A DNA stretch of 64,000 bases from the NCBI GenBank assembly GCA_964016885.1, contig OZ024745.1:93682001-93746000 (forward strand), read 5' to 3'. A program made the translations under genes and the position numbers. Of the stretch, positions 1-14,100 are shown one piece after another. The number at the start of each line of letters is the position of its first letter. Positions within the stretch are counted from its first letter, which is position 1. Origin of the DNA: Eledone cirrhosa (Eukaryota). Below the pieces are notes generated by a model. The model did no database searches and had not been told where the DNA came from. It was given only the letters and a program-made list of their open reading frames with translations.

Positions 1-266
1 ATATCCACAGGGAACTTGACTACTATTCATTTAATCAATTGAATATAATGTTATTGACATCACCTCAATACAAACATATTACCCTTAGTTATTTTTCTCC
101 TTTTACTGTTTAGGCAGAGAGAGAAAAGCAGTTCCCTTAACCCTTTTTAGAACTGCCAAAACTGGTGAAAAAGAGGGAGAACTCTATCTTCAAATGAGAC
201 ACCACATCCAAATGCTTGCCTTTCTAATTTGTTGGTTAAGATATAAACTCAAAAACATTGGTTTAA

Positions 267-466
267 CCCTTTAGTATTTACATTACTCTATATATACTAT
301 TGTATGTTTGTGGTAAAGGCTTTATCTCACATATCAAATCTATATTTTGATGTTATTTATTTTGAGAAAAATACCTTAATGCCAGCATGAGTGGCCAGTT
401 ACAGCTAGTTTGAACAGAAAGAGGTGAGGGAATTCTGGCCAGATAAGGCTGATTTAAATGCTAAAT
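267..466. mobile_element. TTAA MITE family copy (piggyBac-type), right end degraded
   Basis: TTAA-CCCTTTAGTATTTA start and the same internal sequence as 9784..9973. Confidence 0.75.
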
Positions 467-1039
467 AACACCAAGTATTTTCAGTCAGTTTTACTCTATA
501 AATAAAGTATGAGGAAAGGCATTTTGCTAAAGGATAATATATATACTACTCACAGTTGTCAAACCGATAAGCTGCAGGGCATATTGTTTATGTGGGGCTT
601 AAACAAATATCATACACACGCAATGGCTTCCTTAATTTCCCCTTACAAGGTATTAGTCAGCCCAAGGCTATAATAGACACTTGCACAAGGATTGAACCTG
701 AAATTATACCTGTGGCTAGTTGTGCTTAATTTCTACCTGAAGCACACAAGGCCCCAGGTTTTACCTGACCTGGAGGTTGATAAAAGCAAGTTGACAGTCT
801 ACATTTGACCTCAGAACATTTCACTAAATACCATAAAAGTACATTAGGTCAATTTTGCCAACCTTTGTTATAAATATTTACTAAAAAGTATGACTAAACA
901 TGAAACAAATGTGTTACCACTGACTCAATATTTTTTTTTCTTCTTTTGTTGAAATTTTAATATATTTACAAGAATAAAAAGAGAAAAATCAAGTGATAGT
1001 AAATTAGAAATAAGGGATGAAGATGTTAGGAGAAACAGT

Positions 1040-1230
1040 GGAATGAAAGAAAAGGCAAAGGAGGAAATGAGAGATTCAAAAAGGGAGAGGGAGAGGAGGC
1101 AGAAGATGAGAGGGAGGGAGGAAGGGAAAAAGACGAGAGAGGAGGGAGGAGAGGAGAGGAGAGGAAGAGAAGGAAGGGGGAGGGGGGCAGAAGGAAGGGA
1201 AGAAGATGAGAAAGTTATAAGAGAAGAATC
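1040..1230. repeat. Purine-rich (GA/GGA) low-complexity tract
   Basis: Almost exclusively A/G. Confidence 0.85.
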
Positions 1231-1455
1231 AGATTTTATATATATATTTATTTCCTTTGAGCTGTCGAAGCAGTTGTTGTTGTTACAGTAAGAACAACAA
1301 CAAAGCTGAGAGAAGTTATGGTAGTAAACAATAAAAGGAAAAAGTCAGAATTTTTGGACACATATCTACTAATACTGATTAACCTAGCAGATATTTCTTG
1401 TCTTCTTTCATTTCTTTTTGGAAGTTTTTTTTTGTTTTTTATGTTCTTTTAATAT

Positions 1456-1461
1456 TTTATT
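1456..1461 (-). promoter_or_regulatory. Candidate polyadenylation signal of CDC27
   Basis: AATAAA on the minus strand about 570 nt after the stop codon. The motif is common in AT-rich DNA. Confidence 0.3.
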
Positions 1462-1489
1462 TATGGAGCTGAGGTTGTTATAATTCCTT

Positions 1490-1510
1490 TGTGTGAGTGT
1501 GTGTGAGTCA

Positions 1511-1549
<39 letters not shown>

Positions 1550-1598
1550 TGAGTGAGTGTGTGAGTGAGTGTGTATGTGTGTGTAGGTGAGTGTGTGT
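1490..1598. repeat. (GT)n/(GAGT)n compound microsatellite in the putative 3'UTR
   Basis: Directly visible. Confidence 0.95.
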
Positions 1599-2029
1599 AA
1601 TTTTTTTTTTTTTATATATTTTTAGATTGGAATTTCTGTCCATTTAGTTTTCAGCTAACAATGCAAGAAGCTGAATATCAGCTGTCATTTGGAAATGTTT
1701 ATCTGTCTCTGACAGTTTGCTGGAGGAGGAGGAGGAGAAGAGAGGAAGAGTCACAAAAAAAAAAAAAAATTTTTTTTTTTAAATTCATAGTCCATCTGGT
1801 TTAGTTGACTGATCATCTTGCTATCTTTCCAGTGGCTAATAAGAAAGCAGACCATATGTTGTTATGGTTGTTGTCACCATCTGTGATCTTGCTGTTGCTG
1901 GCTCCACAGCCACCATAACACCAATGAAACAAGCAACCCCACCACATACATGCATGCATACATACAGCACACACCACTAACAACTGGCAACCAGCCAACT
2001 AACCAGCATCACTAGTAAACCAGCCACTA

Positions 2030-2160
2030 TCACAAACTCTCATCACTCTCCATGGCCTGTAATTGAAGGTCCTCATGGTCAATATTGGAAATGTTGGAGG
2101 AATTGCTCCGAGAAGCAGCCTCTTGAGAATCGGCCTCTCCACCGTTGTCATCCACACCAA
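2030..2160 (-). CDS. CDC27: CDC27 exon 20, terminal (VGVDDNGGEADSQE...LQAMESDESL*)
   Basis: ttgcag acceptor, phase 1 matches exon 19. Acidic tail ending ESDE-hydrophobic, as in vertebrate Cdc27. Confidence 0.9.
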
Positions 2161-5100
2161 CTGCAAAACAGGAAAAATAATATATGTTCAAATCCAAGAA
2201 ATCAAGGGATGTAGAAAAATAACTAATATCACTCAAAATTTATTTTCTTTCATTCAATTTCTTTAAATTAAGCAGGATATGATAAGGAGTTCAAACTTCA
2301 CTAAGTCATTGTGTTGTATCCAATAACTCTGCTTACTTAACTGAAGTAGAATTACATAGTTAGTAGTTGGAAGAGCATGTAACTGAAAACAGACTAGCTC
2401 TAATCAATACTTGTATGTGAAAAAAGTCTTTCATATAGATCATCAAAATTAGGGAGGCTGCCATGTCCTCAACACAACTGAAGGGTCCTGCCAAATAATA
2501 CTGTAATAATATGCTTATTTTTTATAAAACAATGTGTGTAAACTTGCCATTACAAAAATGGCAGATATTTCAATTTCAAACTTATATAATGAATATTCTT
2601 ACATTTAAAATTCAACTCCTCCTACTGTATTGCAAGAATGCAATAGTCAAACTTCAGTTACCTGAACAAGATCTCATGGTTCCATAAATAATTATCCATA
2701 CAGTGCTTCTTTTATACTCAAGAATAATATTGATGTTGCTATTTTGTTTAGTTGAGAACAAAAATGAATTTGAATTGCTACACAACATATAAAAACACCA
2801 CATGAAAGAAGTTGGTGCAACAATCTCGTCTTTTTATAGTTATCAAAAGTATCATATGCTGATTAGTTTGATCTCAGTCAAATACTTTAGTGTTAAGATA
2901 ATTTTATCTCGGAAAAATTGAGATGCAGAAAGATTTTAACCCTTTTGGTACCAATTAATCCAAAATAGCCTATTTAAATTAAAATCGTCCAACATAATTT
3001 TTTATAAGATGAAATAATTTTAGTAAGCTCTACTAAATTCTTCAATATTCAAATCCAGTGTATTTCATTAAAAATACAGTAATGAAAGAGTTATGCATGA
3101 CAAACTTTGTGGTATTTTCATTCAATCTACAACTTTCTTCCAAGTTCATATTTGTTACAAATAATCTGGTTTATTGTTTAACCCGTTAGCATTTTCATTA
3201 TTCTATATTTGCTATTGTATTTTCACGGTAAAGGCTTTACTTCACATCACAGAAGGATGAAGTTGACCATGGTGGGATTTGAACTCTGAACATAAAAATA
3301 CATAATTCAAAGCAGCAACACATTCTTTCTGAAGTTCTAACAAGTCAGCCAATCCCCCACCATCAGATCAACTAATAATAACAATAACAACAATAATAAT
3401 AATAATTGTTTTTACTTTTGGCACAAGGCCAGGAATTATACCAGTGTATTACTGGTACTTTATTTTTTCAACCCCGTAAGGATGAAAAGCAAAGTTAACC
3501 TCAGCAGGATATGAACTCAGACCATAAAGGGCCGTAACTGTTTGCTGCAAAGCATGGCGTCCGACCCTCTACCGATACTGCCAATACATAATAATACAAT
3601 ATAAGTAACAGACAAGGACACCAAAGAGAAAGCAGTATTTTAATGTTTCTAATACTTTACCTGGATCATTCATTTTCACAAGTGAATCATCATCATCTGT
3701 TACATATCGTTTGTCTATACCTTCTTTAATTTGATTATTTATACCTTTTGGATCCAGATCCATAGCCCAAGAAAAATTAGACAGAGCTAAATGGGTATTT
3801 CCAAGCTTTTTATGTACCTACAAATGCAACAGAAGATTCTACAGTTATCTATCAAATTAAACCATAATTTTAGTGAGGTGTCAAACTCTGCAAATTTCAA
3901 CCTTTCATTCACATTAATGAATAAATTCAGTTTTTGGAGTCAGTTTAAAGATAGCACTTAACTTATATTAGCCTGAGTGGACAATGGTTAACTTAAAAGA
4001 GGGTCCATGTTTTTGAGAAAAGGGAAAATATTCAGATTGGTCCATCAACTATAGAGATAGTTGATGGTCCAATCTAAATATATCATCACCGTTTTACGTT
4101 CATTCCTCCATGCTAGCATGGGTTAGACGGGTTGTCCTGTTGTGGATGATGTTAAGTCGGGTGACCTTGTCTTGCTCATACAGGAACTGATTTTGGATTG
4201 ATTTCTACAGCTGGATGCCCTTCCTAACACCCACCTCATTTACAGTGAGTGCTGGGTGCTTTTTTCCACTTTACAGTGTGGGCTGGGTGCTTTTTTGCCG
4301 TAGCACCTCCACGACCACCTTGCAGTGGGAGGGTGTGGGGGCATATTGTCTATATGCTTCAGCTTGTACCCATGGGAGGTTGGGTACTCTATATTACTGC
4401 ATGACGCCAGAAGTTACGGTCGGGTGTCATCGCCTTTGAGAGGTGTAACTGGGTAAGGTCGGCTTTTATCACCTCATCCCAGGTCTTCTTGGGGCTCCCC
4501 ACTCCGCGGCTTCCATTGACTTCTAGTGCTCGGCACCGTTTTATGCAGCTGTCATCCTTCATACGCATCACATGTCCATACCAATGCAACCGCCTCTCCT
4601 GCACACAGAATTTGATTCCTCTTATGCTCAGTCTCTCTCGCAATCCATTTATGCTTTGTCGTTCGCGTATATTACTATTACACATCCATCGGAGCATGCA
4701 GGCTTCGTTTCTTTCTAATCTACGTAAGTCTTCCACCTTCAACGCCCAGGTCTCACTACCATGCAACATTGCTGTTCGGATACATGCATCATTGAGGGAG
4801 AAGCCTTTTGCAGCTAGCAGTGGCAGTAGTTCCCTGAACTTCTTCCATCCCGTTCTTACCCTAGTTATTGTACTTTCTGAACACCCACCTCCGCTGCTAA
4901 TTCGGTCACCTAGGTAGCAGAAGCTGTCTACTGTTTCTACAGAGCCCTCCCAGAGATTGGTGGTACTTGTTTCCTGTGGCTGTTGTCCCAGTACAGCTGC
5001 TACATGTGAAGCCTACATTCTTAATTAAGCTTCCTGAGATCTCACTACCTCTCTTGTGTACCCATTGTTTGCATTTGGGGCAAAAATGGAGTTCCTACCT

Positions 5101-8100
5101 ACACCTTTCCTACATACTGAGCAAGGCCATTTCCCTGAGGGGATCTGGGTTCTGTTTTCTCGTCTACTTACAAGGACCTTAGTCTTTGTCATGTTGACTT
5201 TGAGACCCTTTCTTTCTAGTCCCTGCTTCCAAGTTTGGAATTTCTTCTCTAGTTCTATGGTAGTGACAATTTTCAAATGAAAATATGCAATCTTATTTAC
5301 AATTGTTTTAATTCTGTGTTTACATTATTATCAGCATATGTTCTTTAACACCAGGTTATTTTTAAAATAATAAAAAATTGTATATCAAATATGTATGCAA
5401 AAAATAAAATGACTCCGACGCTACCACATTAAAAAAGAATACTAGATAGATTGCTTCCCTTGTGTAATCTAAGGGAAGTAACCTTGTCAATAACAATTTT
5501 CAACGTTTTTAAGCCAATAAGCACATTCTAAAGCAAGAAAACAAACTATGCCCGACAGGGCATTTAAAACGACACCTATTGATACTGCCAGTATCAGCAG
5601 CATGATGATGATTTCCTAAATAGAAACATTTTGAAGAAGAGTACAATCGATGAATACGAAACAGTATATTACTAGTACTTGTTTTAGAAAAGCGCAAAAT
5701 TGACCTAAGATTTGAACTCAAAACATTTAATGTAAGGCCTTTAATACATCGTTCCCTCATTTTTGCCTTTCATAATACAAAATATATGACCAAAATTTGT
5801 TTTAAATTGAGTGGGAATACACATTAAATACAAGTAAAATAAACAAACAAACAAAATGAATTTGATTTCTTTAAAAATCAAGACGTACCTTTCCTATTAG
5901 AAAATATACTAAAGATTCTTTAGGGACAATTTGTTTTAGTTCTTCTAATTCTTCTAAGGCTTCCTGAAAAGAAAATATTCATATAAAATATTACTTGGCA
6001 ATTAAAACAATCCAAACAAAACAACAAAATTTATACTGCATCATAAATTAGCTACTGACTTTTGAACTGTTTGAGAAAACACCTACAACCTCAGGAAGAA
6101 TGATGAGTTTGAAGTAAAGGTTGCAGGACATAGTGGTGATGAAGGTAGTGGCTGGACATGTAAAGAAGGATTTACCATGAGAGTTGCTGTACACAGATTG
6201 AAGGTAAAGTTTGTTACAGACTCATACATTGATGTTTTGGGGTTTGTCAATCATCAATGAACGTTTTACAACTTAACCTTTTCATGGGTGTATTTCTAAT
6301 GAAATACAATCTCTTTTAATTAATTAATGAAGAATTGGGAGGGGGGGGGGGGGGGGGGGGTACAAAAATTATTAATGATTTCATTACTAAGATAGGAACT
6401 TAATGACAGGTTCTTATATAAAATTATGTAGGAAGATTTTAATTTAAATTGGAAACCTTTTAAGTGGGTGGTTTTATTTCATAAATTAAAACCTGTTTTG
6501 TCCGGGTTAGTAAATAAAGGATTAAACAATATTTAGAACATGATATTTTTGTATGGAGCATAAAACTGATCGATCAGGTTATGAAAGTAACAGAATGCTA
6601 GTACAACTAATTAGAGAAAGAGTCAAATAAGATGAGATGCAGTTTGGATTTGTGCCCAGGAAAAGACAACTACAAGAGTGATTCTTAGTGGAGAATAAGC
6701 CACTATATTTAGCTGTTGTTGATCTACAGAAAGCCTTTGATAGAGTACCTCAATGTGTCATCTGGTGGTCCCTAAGGAAACTAGGTGAAAAGATATGGCT
6801 TGTGAGGACAGAGGAGCTGTCAATAAAGTGAGAGTAGGAATGGAGTTTAGTGAAGAATTCCAGATACAAGTAAGAGTTCATCAGGGTTCAATTCTCAGCC
6901 CACTTTTGTTCATTATAGTTCTCCAAGCCATAACAGAGGAATTTAAGACTGACTGCCCATAGGAACTTCTCTATGCTGACGATCTGGTACTTATAGCAGA
7001 ATCAGTATAGGAGTTAGAGAATAAATTTCGGCTGTGGAAAGAGCAGTTAAAATCAAAAGGACAAAGTAAACCTAGCAAAGACTCTGATTCATCATCATCA
7101 TTTAACGTCTATCTTCCACGCTAGCATGGGTTAGATTTCATCAGGGAAATGGCTGTGCCAGATATGTAGAAAAGGAGTTGGCATAAACTCTATAAAATGA
7201 CACAATGCAAATCTTGGGTACACAAGAAGTGTAGTGGGATAGCAGGCAAACTAACAGGAAAGGAATGTAGATGTTCAGGGAAAATTAATAGGTGTCAGTG
7301 ATAGGTACATTTTTCAAATGCAGATAGGATCTCTAGAGGTGGTTGATAACTTCTGATATTTAGGTGATCAAATTTTCAAGAGAGGAGGATGCTCCAAGGA
7401 CATAGTATCTAGAATAAGGACAGGATGGAAGAAATTTAGGGAGCTGCTTCCTCTGTTGACAACTGAAAGGTCGGTTGTATGATGCCTGTGCGAGATAGAC
7501 AATGCTGCATCGTAGCGAGACATGGGCAGCAACTGCCGAGGATATGCAAAGGCTGGAGAGAAATGAAGCAAGCATGCTCCATGGATGTGCAATTTCAAAA
7601 TGTGTGAATGACCAAGCATGGATGAGTTGAGAGAGAAACTGTGTATAGTATACAAGGAATGAACTGTAGTGTGCAGGACAGAAGGCTATGTTGGTATGGC
7701 CATGTGATGCACATGGATGATGACCCTGGGTGAAGAAGTGCCAAGTAATACTAGTGGAAGGAACACAAAGTAGGGGAAGACCACGGTAAACATGGGCAGA
7801 GGAAGACCAGGGAAACCATGGGCAGAGGTAGTGAGAACTGACTTCAGATTGCTGAAGCTCAGAGGAGTTGACAAAGGACCGTGTCAAATGGATAGATGCT
7901 GAAGTGGACCCGTCCCATCCTTGCAAGCAGGGAAAAGCGGACGTAAAATGATGATGATTGATAGAAACCGATAAAACTGAAACATTGGAAAGTGTTTATT
8001 AGTGAATGTCATAGAAACCTGCTTTTAGCATCAGGATGTAGACGACAAGTGGAGACAGCATATTGTCATTCTTAAGTAAAGGTAATTTTAGTATGAACTA

Positions 8101-11100
8101 TATAGAGGAAATATTTCATTAGCATACTTACTTTATGTTTATCATTGGCAAATAAAATGGAAGCACGATGGAATTTACAGAGAGGGTTATTAGGATCAAT
8201 AGAAATGGCTCGATCAAGAGTCTGCAGTGCCATCTCAGATTTCTTCAATGCATGTTGTACCTATAAGGAAAAATAAATAAAACAAACACTATATCAGATT
8301 ATATAAACTTTTTTTTTTAAATTGAATAAAGAAAAGTTAATGAAATTTTCAATGTAGAATTATCTTTCAAACCATATGCAATGACCCCTCTCCACTCACA
8401 GATCATTACCATTTTACATCCACTTTTCCATAATGGCATGGAGTGGTCAAGTTTTCTGAGATGAGATAGTGTTTTACAGTTACATGTACCAGTGGTCAAC
8501 ACATTTAGTCACCATTTGCAACATATTGCGACACGGTGTAGCCATTCTAAAATTAGGATGCGTATGTATGGATACTGTGAGGTAGGTACAGTGTATCCAT
8601 GCAGGTGATAAGTAGCAACTGAAAAGGTTGGCACAAAAGAAGGCAACTGTTGTTTGGTGATTGCTCAGAAAATCAAGTATAAATGAAAGGCTTTTGAATG
8701 CGCCTTAAGCTAAGTAAAAAAAAAGTTAGTGTGTAGGTAGGAATCCCTAATAGCTTACATCTCAACTGCCTTCTCTTTATTATACTTTTCCAGACAATAA
8801 GAAAACACTTTATATCTGGCAATTGGGAGACTGTCATGTCTTTGACAGAGTGGTCCGTCCAGCCCTCTAGTTCAGTATACAGAAAAGGAATAGGTAGCAA
8901 TTCAATAATTTTTAATCAATATGAACTATGACTGCACACGATGTAGTGGGATCTAAAGCAGGCTGAGATAAGGACTTCATATGTAGATGAGCAAGAGTAG
9001 TTAACAGTAAGAACATGAGTGATAAATTCTTTCAAATTCTTAGAAGGCTTCTTTGAAATAGCTGATAACTTCTGTTATCTGGGTTAGCTAATTAGCAGAG
9101 AAGTGAGTACTACTATGAAAGTATAGTAACCAGAGTAAAAATAGAACTGTTACCTCTACTAGCAGCAAAGGGATTCTCTATGAACAACAGGCAGATTGCT
9201 GATGCTTGTGTACAAAATATGTTGTTGCATGGTAAAGAGGCATAGATATTGAGTGCAGAGAATGTGCAAAGGTTGGAATGGAATGAGGCAGGCATGCTCC
9301 ACTGGATATGTAATGAGCTAGGCATAAGAGAAATCACAAGTGAAATGGACATGTGATACATATGCAGGATGACAATTGAGTAAAAAAGAGCCAGATGATT
9401 CAATGAGGAGGAATCAGTGGGAGAAGTAGATGTGGGATGAAATGGGGAAAACCTGATCTTATGAAGCTGATTTTCAAAGGAAATGAGATAGAGTCACAAT
9501 TGAACGAGATGCAGTACTACTGATGAAGACCCATCCAACCAATGATGCAAACATGCTAAAAAAATTGGACGTATCATAATAATCACAGAAGACTCTTTTT
9601 CATTAATTCTATGTTTTTTAAGAGTCATCTAAATAAAGCTGAAAAAGCAATATCATTCAAGTATCTACAAACAATAGACATTAGAAGTTTAAAATATTTA
9701 TAAAATGCTTGCCTCAAGTAAACATTGTTTTCCCTGTTTGATTGTAGTAACGAGGTAATATTGCTGAAAGATTATTGATTTAACCCTTTAGCATTTAAAC
9801 CGGCGATAACTTCTTTCTGTTCAAACTGACCGTAACAGGCCGCTCATTTTTATGCTAAGGTATTGTTCTCAAAATAAATAACATCAAAATCTCGTAGCTT
9901 CGATATTATGTGAGATAAAGCCTTTACAGTAAAAATACAATAATAAATACAGAGTAATGTAAATGCTAAAGGGTTAAGAACCAAAACTGTAACATTAATT
10001 AGTATACTGTATCGGAATATAACAATAAAACTTACCACACCAACATGACAAAGTAGAGCAGGACTTTTGGGATTAATCATCAGTGCTTTATTGAAGTGTA
10101 ATTCAGCCAGCTGGAACTTCTCTTGTTTATAATAGATCATTCCGACTCCATACCTTAAATATATCAAGGAAACACTGTTACGTAAATAAAAAAGCCCATA
10201 AAATATTTAACTTTTGTTTTTCCTGCTAGCAAGAATTAGACGGGTCTTCGAATACCAAATCAGTACTGAAGTGGGGCTACTGACCTCAGAGACAGGTAGG
10301 AGGGTCCGCTTTTCGCTTATGTAAAGCCTCACATTCTATTGAGTGCACCAGCACAGGAGAGGTTGACATGTCTTTGACACAACTGAAAGGTCTTCCCAAC
10401 CCTTTGTTTGGCAAGCTTTCTATGGGTTATCACAAACCACTTTACAGCATGTACTGGGTGTGTTTATTAATAAATACCTCAAAAGCTTAATTGAAATAGT
10501 GCATTTCATTAGAAAGGTTAAAAGTGGTCATGTAAAATTATCATAGAGAGTTTTTAGATAAATATAAATGCTTTAAAATATAGTTTTGTATTCTAGATAC
10601 AGGGGCAGTGTGATATGAGAAATGGTTAAACAAATATTGCTATTGATACCAATAATTGTTTCTACCTTTGACTCAAGGCCAGAAATTATCCCAGTGCATT
10701 ACTGGTACTTTATTTTATCAACCTCGTAAGGATGAAAGACAAAGTTAACCTCTGTGAGATTTTAACTCAGAACGTAAAGGGTCAAAACTATGCTGCAGCG
10801 TTACGGCTCGTAAGGAATAATAATAATGAAATTATTGTGTACAGTACTCAGGTGCACTACAACTCATCAAAGATGCCCGTATAGTACATAGAATAATGTA
10901 CAAATGTCAGGAAAGTGAACAGTGTATGAGTCATGATATACATGTGTGTGTATGGAGGGGGGGATATCAGGTGTGTTGGCGAATTTCAGGAAGCATGGAG
11001 GTTTTAAAGGATGCAGTGTCTTGGCAGCTAACAACTGATGCAGGTACTTTGTTCCAAAAGTCATGGGAGCTGTGTTGTTTTTTTTACTTTGTAGGCATCC

Positions 11101-14100
11101 CCACATGTGTTAGACACATGGAATTCAAAAAGGTGCTCAGGGTTGTTACAGATGATGACATTAATGCACAAATTGAAACTTACCACGCATTATAATGTCT
11201 AGAATCAACTCGGATAGAATTACGGAAACTTGATAAACCCTTTTCAAATTCTTCGGTAAAGACATATTCATGGCCCAGTAAAGTATAAGCATAGGCAAAA
11301 TTAGGATCAACCTGAAAATAATGAAAAGAAAACTTTATATATAACTTATAATATAACAAAAACAGATTTCTTATAAAGGCTTATTCCAGTAAACAATATT
11401 GACAATGCAACACAGTAAAGATTTGCCACAACACAGATGTAATCCTCATCCAATCCATATTAGCATGGGTTGGATGAGACTTTCATGAAGCAATATTCTA
11501 TGGCCCGATGTCCTTCTTGATGCCAGCCCTTAGTTAATTTTTTTTTTTAGTAGGTATTTTCCTGTTTGCAAGGTCCCACCTTTGCAAGCAGGAAAAAGAG
11601 GACCTAAAATGATGATGATGATGATGATGATGACGTATTGATCTTTACACGTTAAAGTGTTTACTTACAGGACTTTTATTTCTGTGAGGCAGAAATAAAC
11701 ATCTCCACCTACACTGGTAGTTCCAAATGCAAAGCAAAGACACCGAAAGACATACAAATATATATATCCTCATCATTGCACCCTAGTAGCTACTCTCTCC
11801 ACCCCTTGTTCATCCCCCACTACCACCACCCAGCTGTAAAAAACTTGCCAGACAAGGAATTAGGAGGACTCTTCAGTTTGTGTCAAAAGAGACAACTTCT
11901 CCTCTGCACTCGATATAACCATATGTAAGCGAGATGCAGACCCCTTGGCCTGTCTAGGAGGTCAGTAACTCCACTTCAGTATTAACTTGGTCTATGTCGA
12001 CCCTTCCAACCTTTGCTGGCAGGGAAAGCAAACGCTCGATGATGATGATAATTATACATCATCCTCACTGTTTAAAATCTATTTTCCATGCTTGCAATGG
12101 CTAGATAGGTTGTCATGTTATGAAAGCTGACAGGCTTCCAACAGATTCCATCTGAGAAAAACTAACCCAATGATAGAACTGGAAAGCACATGGTTGCAAA
12201 GCAAACTTTAGCACTAGGGGTTGTGATGCAACTGAAGAGCCCTCTTAACTCTTAAGTTTTGTATGGTTTTTATGGCTGGATGGCCTTAACACCAACCATT
12301 TTACAGTGTACTGGGTGTGTCTTATCATAGTACCAGCACTAGAGAGATTGTCAATTATAAACTCAACTGAAGAGCCCTCTCTACCATGTAGTGTGTGGTG
12401 AATGAAGGGGAATGCACAGCATACAGGGCTATGGATGAGAGGATGACAAGTATGTTGTGGGTGTATGATAGGTGAGAAGTGGTGAGGAAGTATGTCAAGG
12501 GTATATGATAGATATGGTGGGAATTGACAAGGTGATAATGCAGAACAGCTACTAAGGAGTTATGACTGGTGCTTTAGAATTTAAACAGAGTGGAGGTAAT
12601 CCTGGGTATAATGGAGGGGTGATGTACAACGATGGGGATGATGATGGTGTCATGTGGATGGGTCAGGTTACATTTATATGCTAGTAAGCGATCCTACAGT
12701 ACAGCATGTTGCCAATCCTCATGGCCCTTTGTCATTTCTGCCCTAAGGTTGATCTAGACCAGGGTTTCCCAACCTGGGCGATAATGCCCACCGATGGGCA
12801 ATTTCAACTATTGGGTGGGCGATGAACGAATTTTTAGGAAATGATGGGCGACAAAGGATTTTCGGTAATTAAGTATGTTATTGATCATATAATTGTTTCT
12901 ACTTTAGGCACAAGGCCAGCAATTACCCAGTACATTACTGGTACTTTATTTTATCGACCCCGTAAGGATGAAAGGCAAAGTTAACCTCGGCGGGATTTGA
13001 ACTCAGAATGTAAAGGGACGTAACTATGCTAGAAAGCATGGCGTCCCACCCTCTACCGATACTGCCAATTCACCGCCCTATTGATCATATAATGGCCGGT
13101 ATGTTGTAATCACAGAGCTCAGATTCGTTCTTCCTTAGTCTAGACTAAGGAAGTAGTATCCAGCTGTATGACTAATTCATCTGTTTTCAACTGATTCATG
13201 TCTAGCAGTTTACGGCTGCCGAACAGCTCACATGGACAGCTTGCATTGGGCGCGCACATCGGTAAGCTAAAACAGGTGATAACGCAAGACCAACGGCAAA
13301 ACACTGAACACAAAGTTTAGGGAAGCAACCGTACAGAAAAATGACGGTATGATTGCATCGTACAATATTGCATTACTGGTCGCAAAGACCGGGAAGTCCC
13401 ACACTATAGGAGAAACATTGCTTCGACCTGTCATTGAAGAAGTTCTGTTGACTGTAATGCACGAGAATTCCGACACAATTATCAAGAAAATTCCACTTAG
13501 TAACAATACAATTTCTTAACGAATAGATAAAATGGCCACCGATGTCAAACATCAACTCATTCAAATTCTCCAGTGTTCTGAATTTTCTATACAAGTGGAT
13601 GAGTCAACCGTTATAGATAACCAATGTTTGATGATGGTTTATGTTCGATATTTCAATGAATACCTTCAACCTTGTGAGGAAATGCTGTTCACAGAGAACT
13701 TGCGGCTTGATTCAAAAGGTACATCTATTTTCGATATGCTTAAGCGTTTCCTTTCTGAACATCATATCCCACTGACCAATATTATTGCCTGTGCGTCTGA
13801 TGGAGCCCCTTCCATGGTTGGAAGATACAGAGGTTTTTCATCTCTCCTAAAACGTAAAATTTTTCAACAGATTTTAACAGTTCATTGTGTGATACACCGA
13901 CAACATTTAGTGGCAAAAAATATCAATGGTCGGTTGAATGATCCGCTGCAGTTGGTTATCAAGACTGTGAATAAACTGAAATCAAATTCCTTGTCTGATC
14001 GAATAATGATGATGACTTTGTTAGGCTTTTGTACCATACCGAAGTACAATGGCTGTCAAAGGGCAACTGTGTTGTTCGCTTTGTTGAACTGTTTCATCTG

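Noticed and set aside
1043-1643. ORFs rich in E/R/G and H/T
   Set aside because: They are translations of GA-rich and (CA)n simple repeats.
6338-6360. Long G homopolymer as a functional G-quadruplex
   Set aside because: An isolated homopolymer of uncertain length in an intron, with nothing else supporting function.
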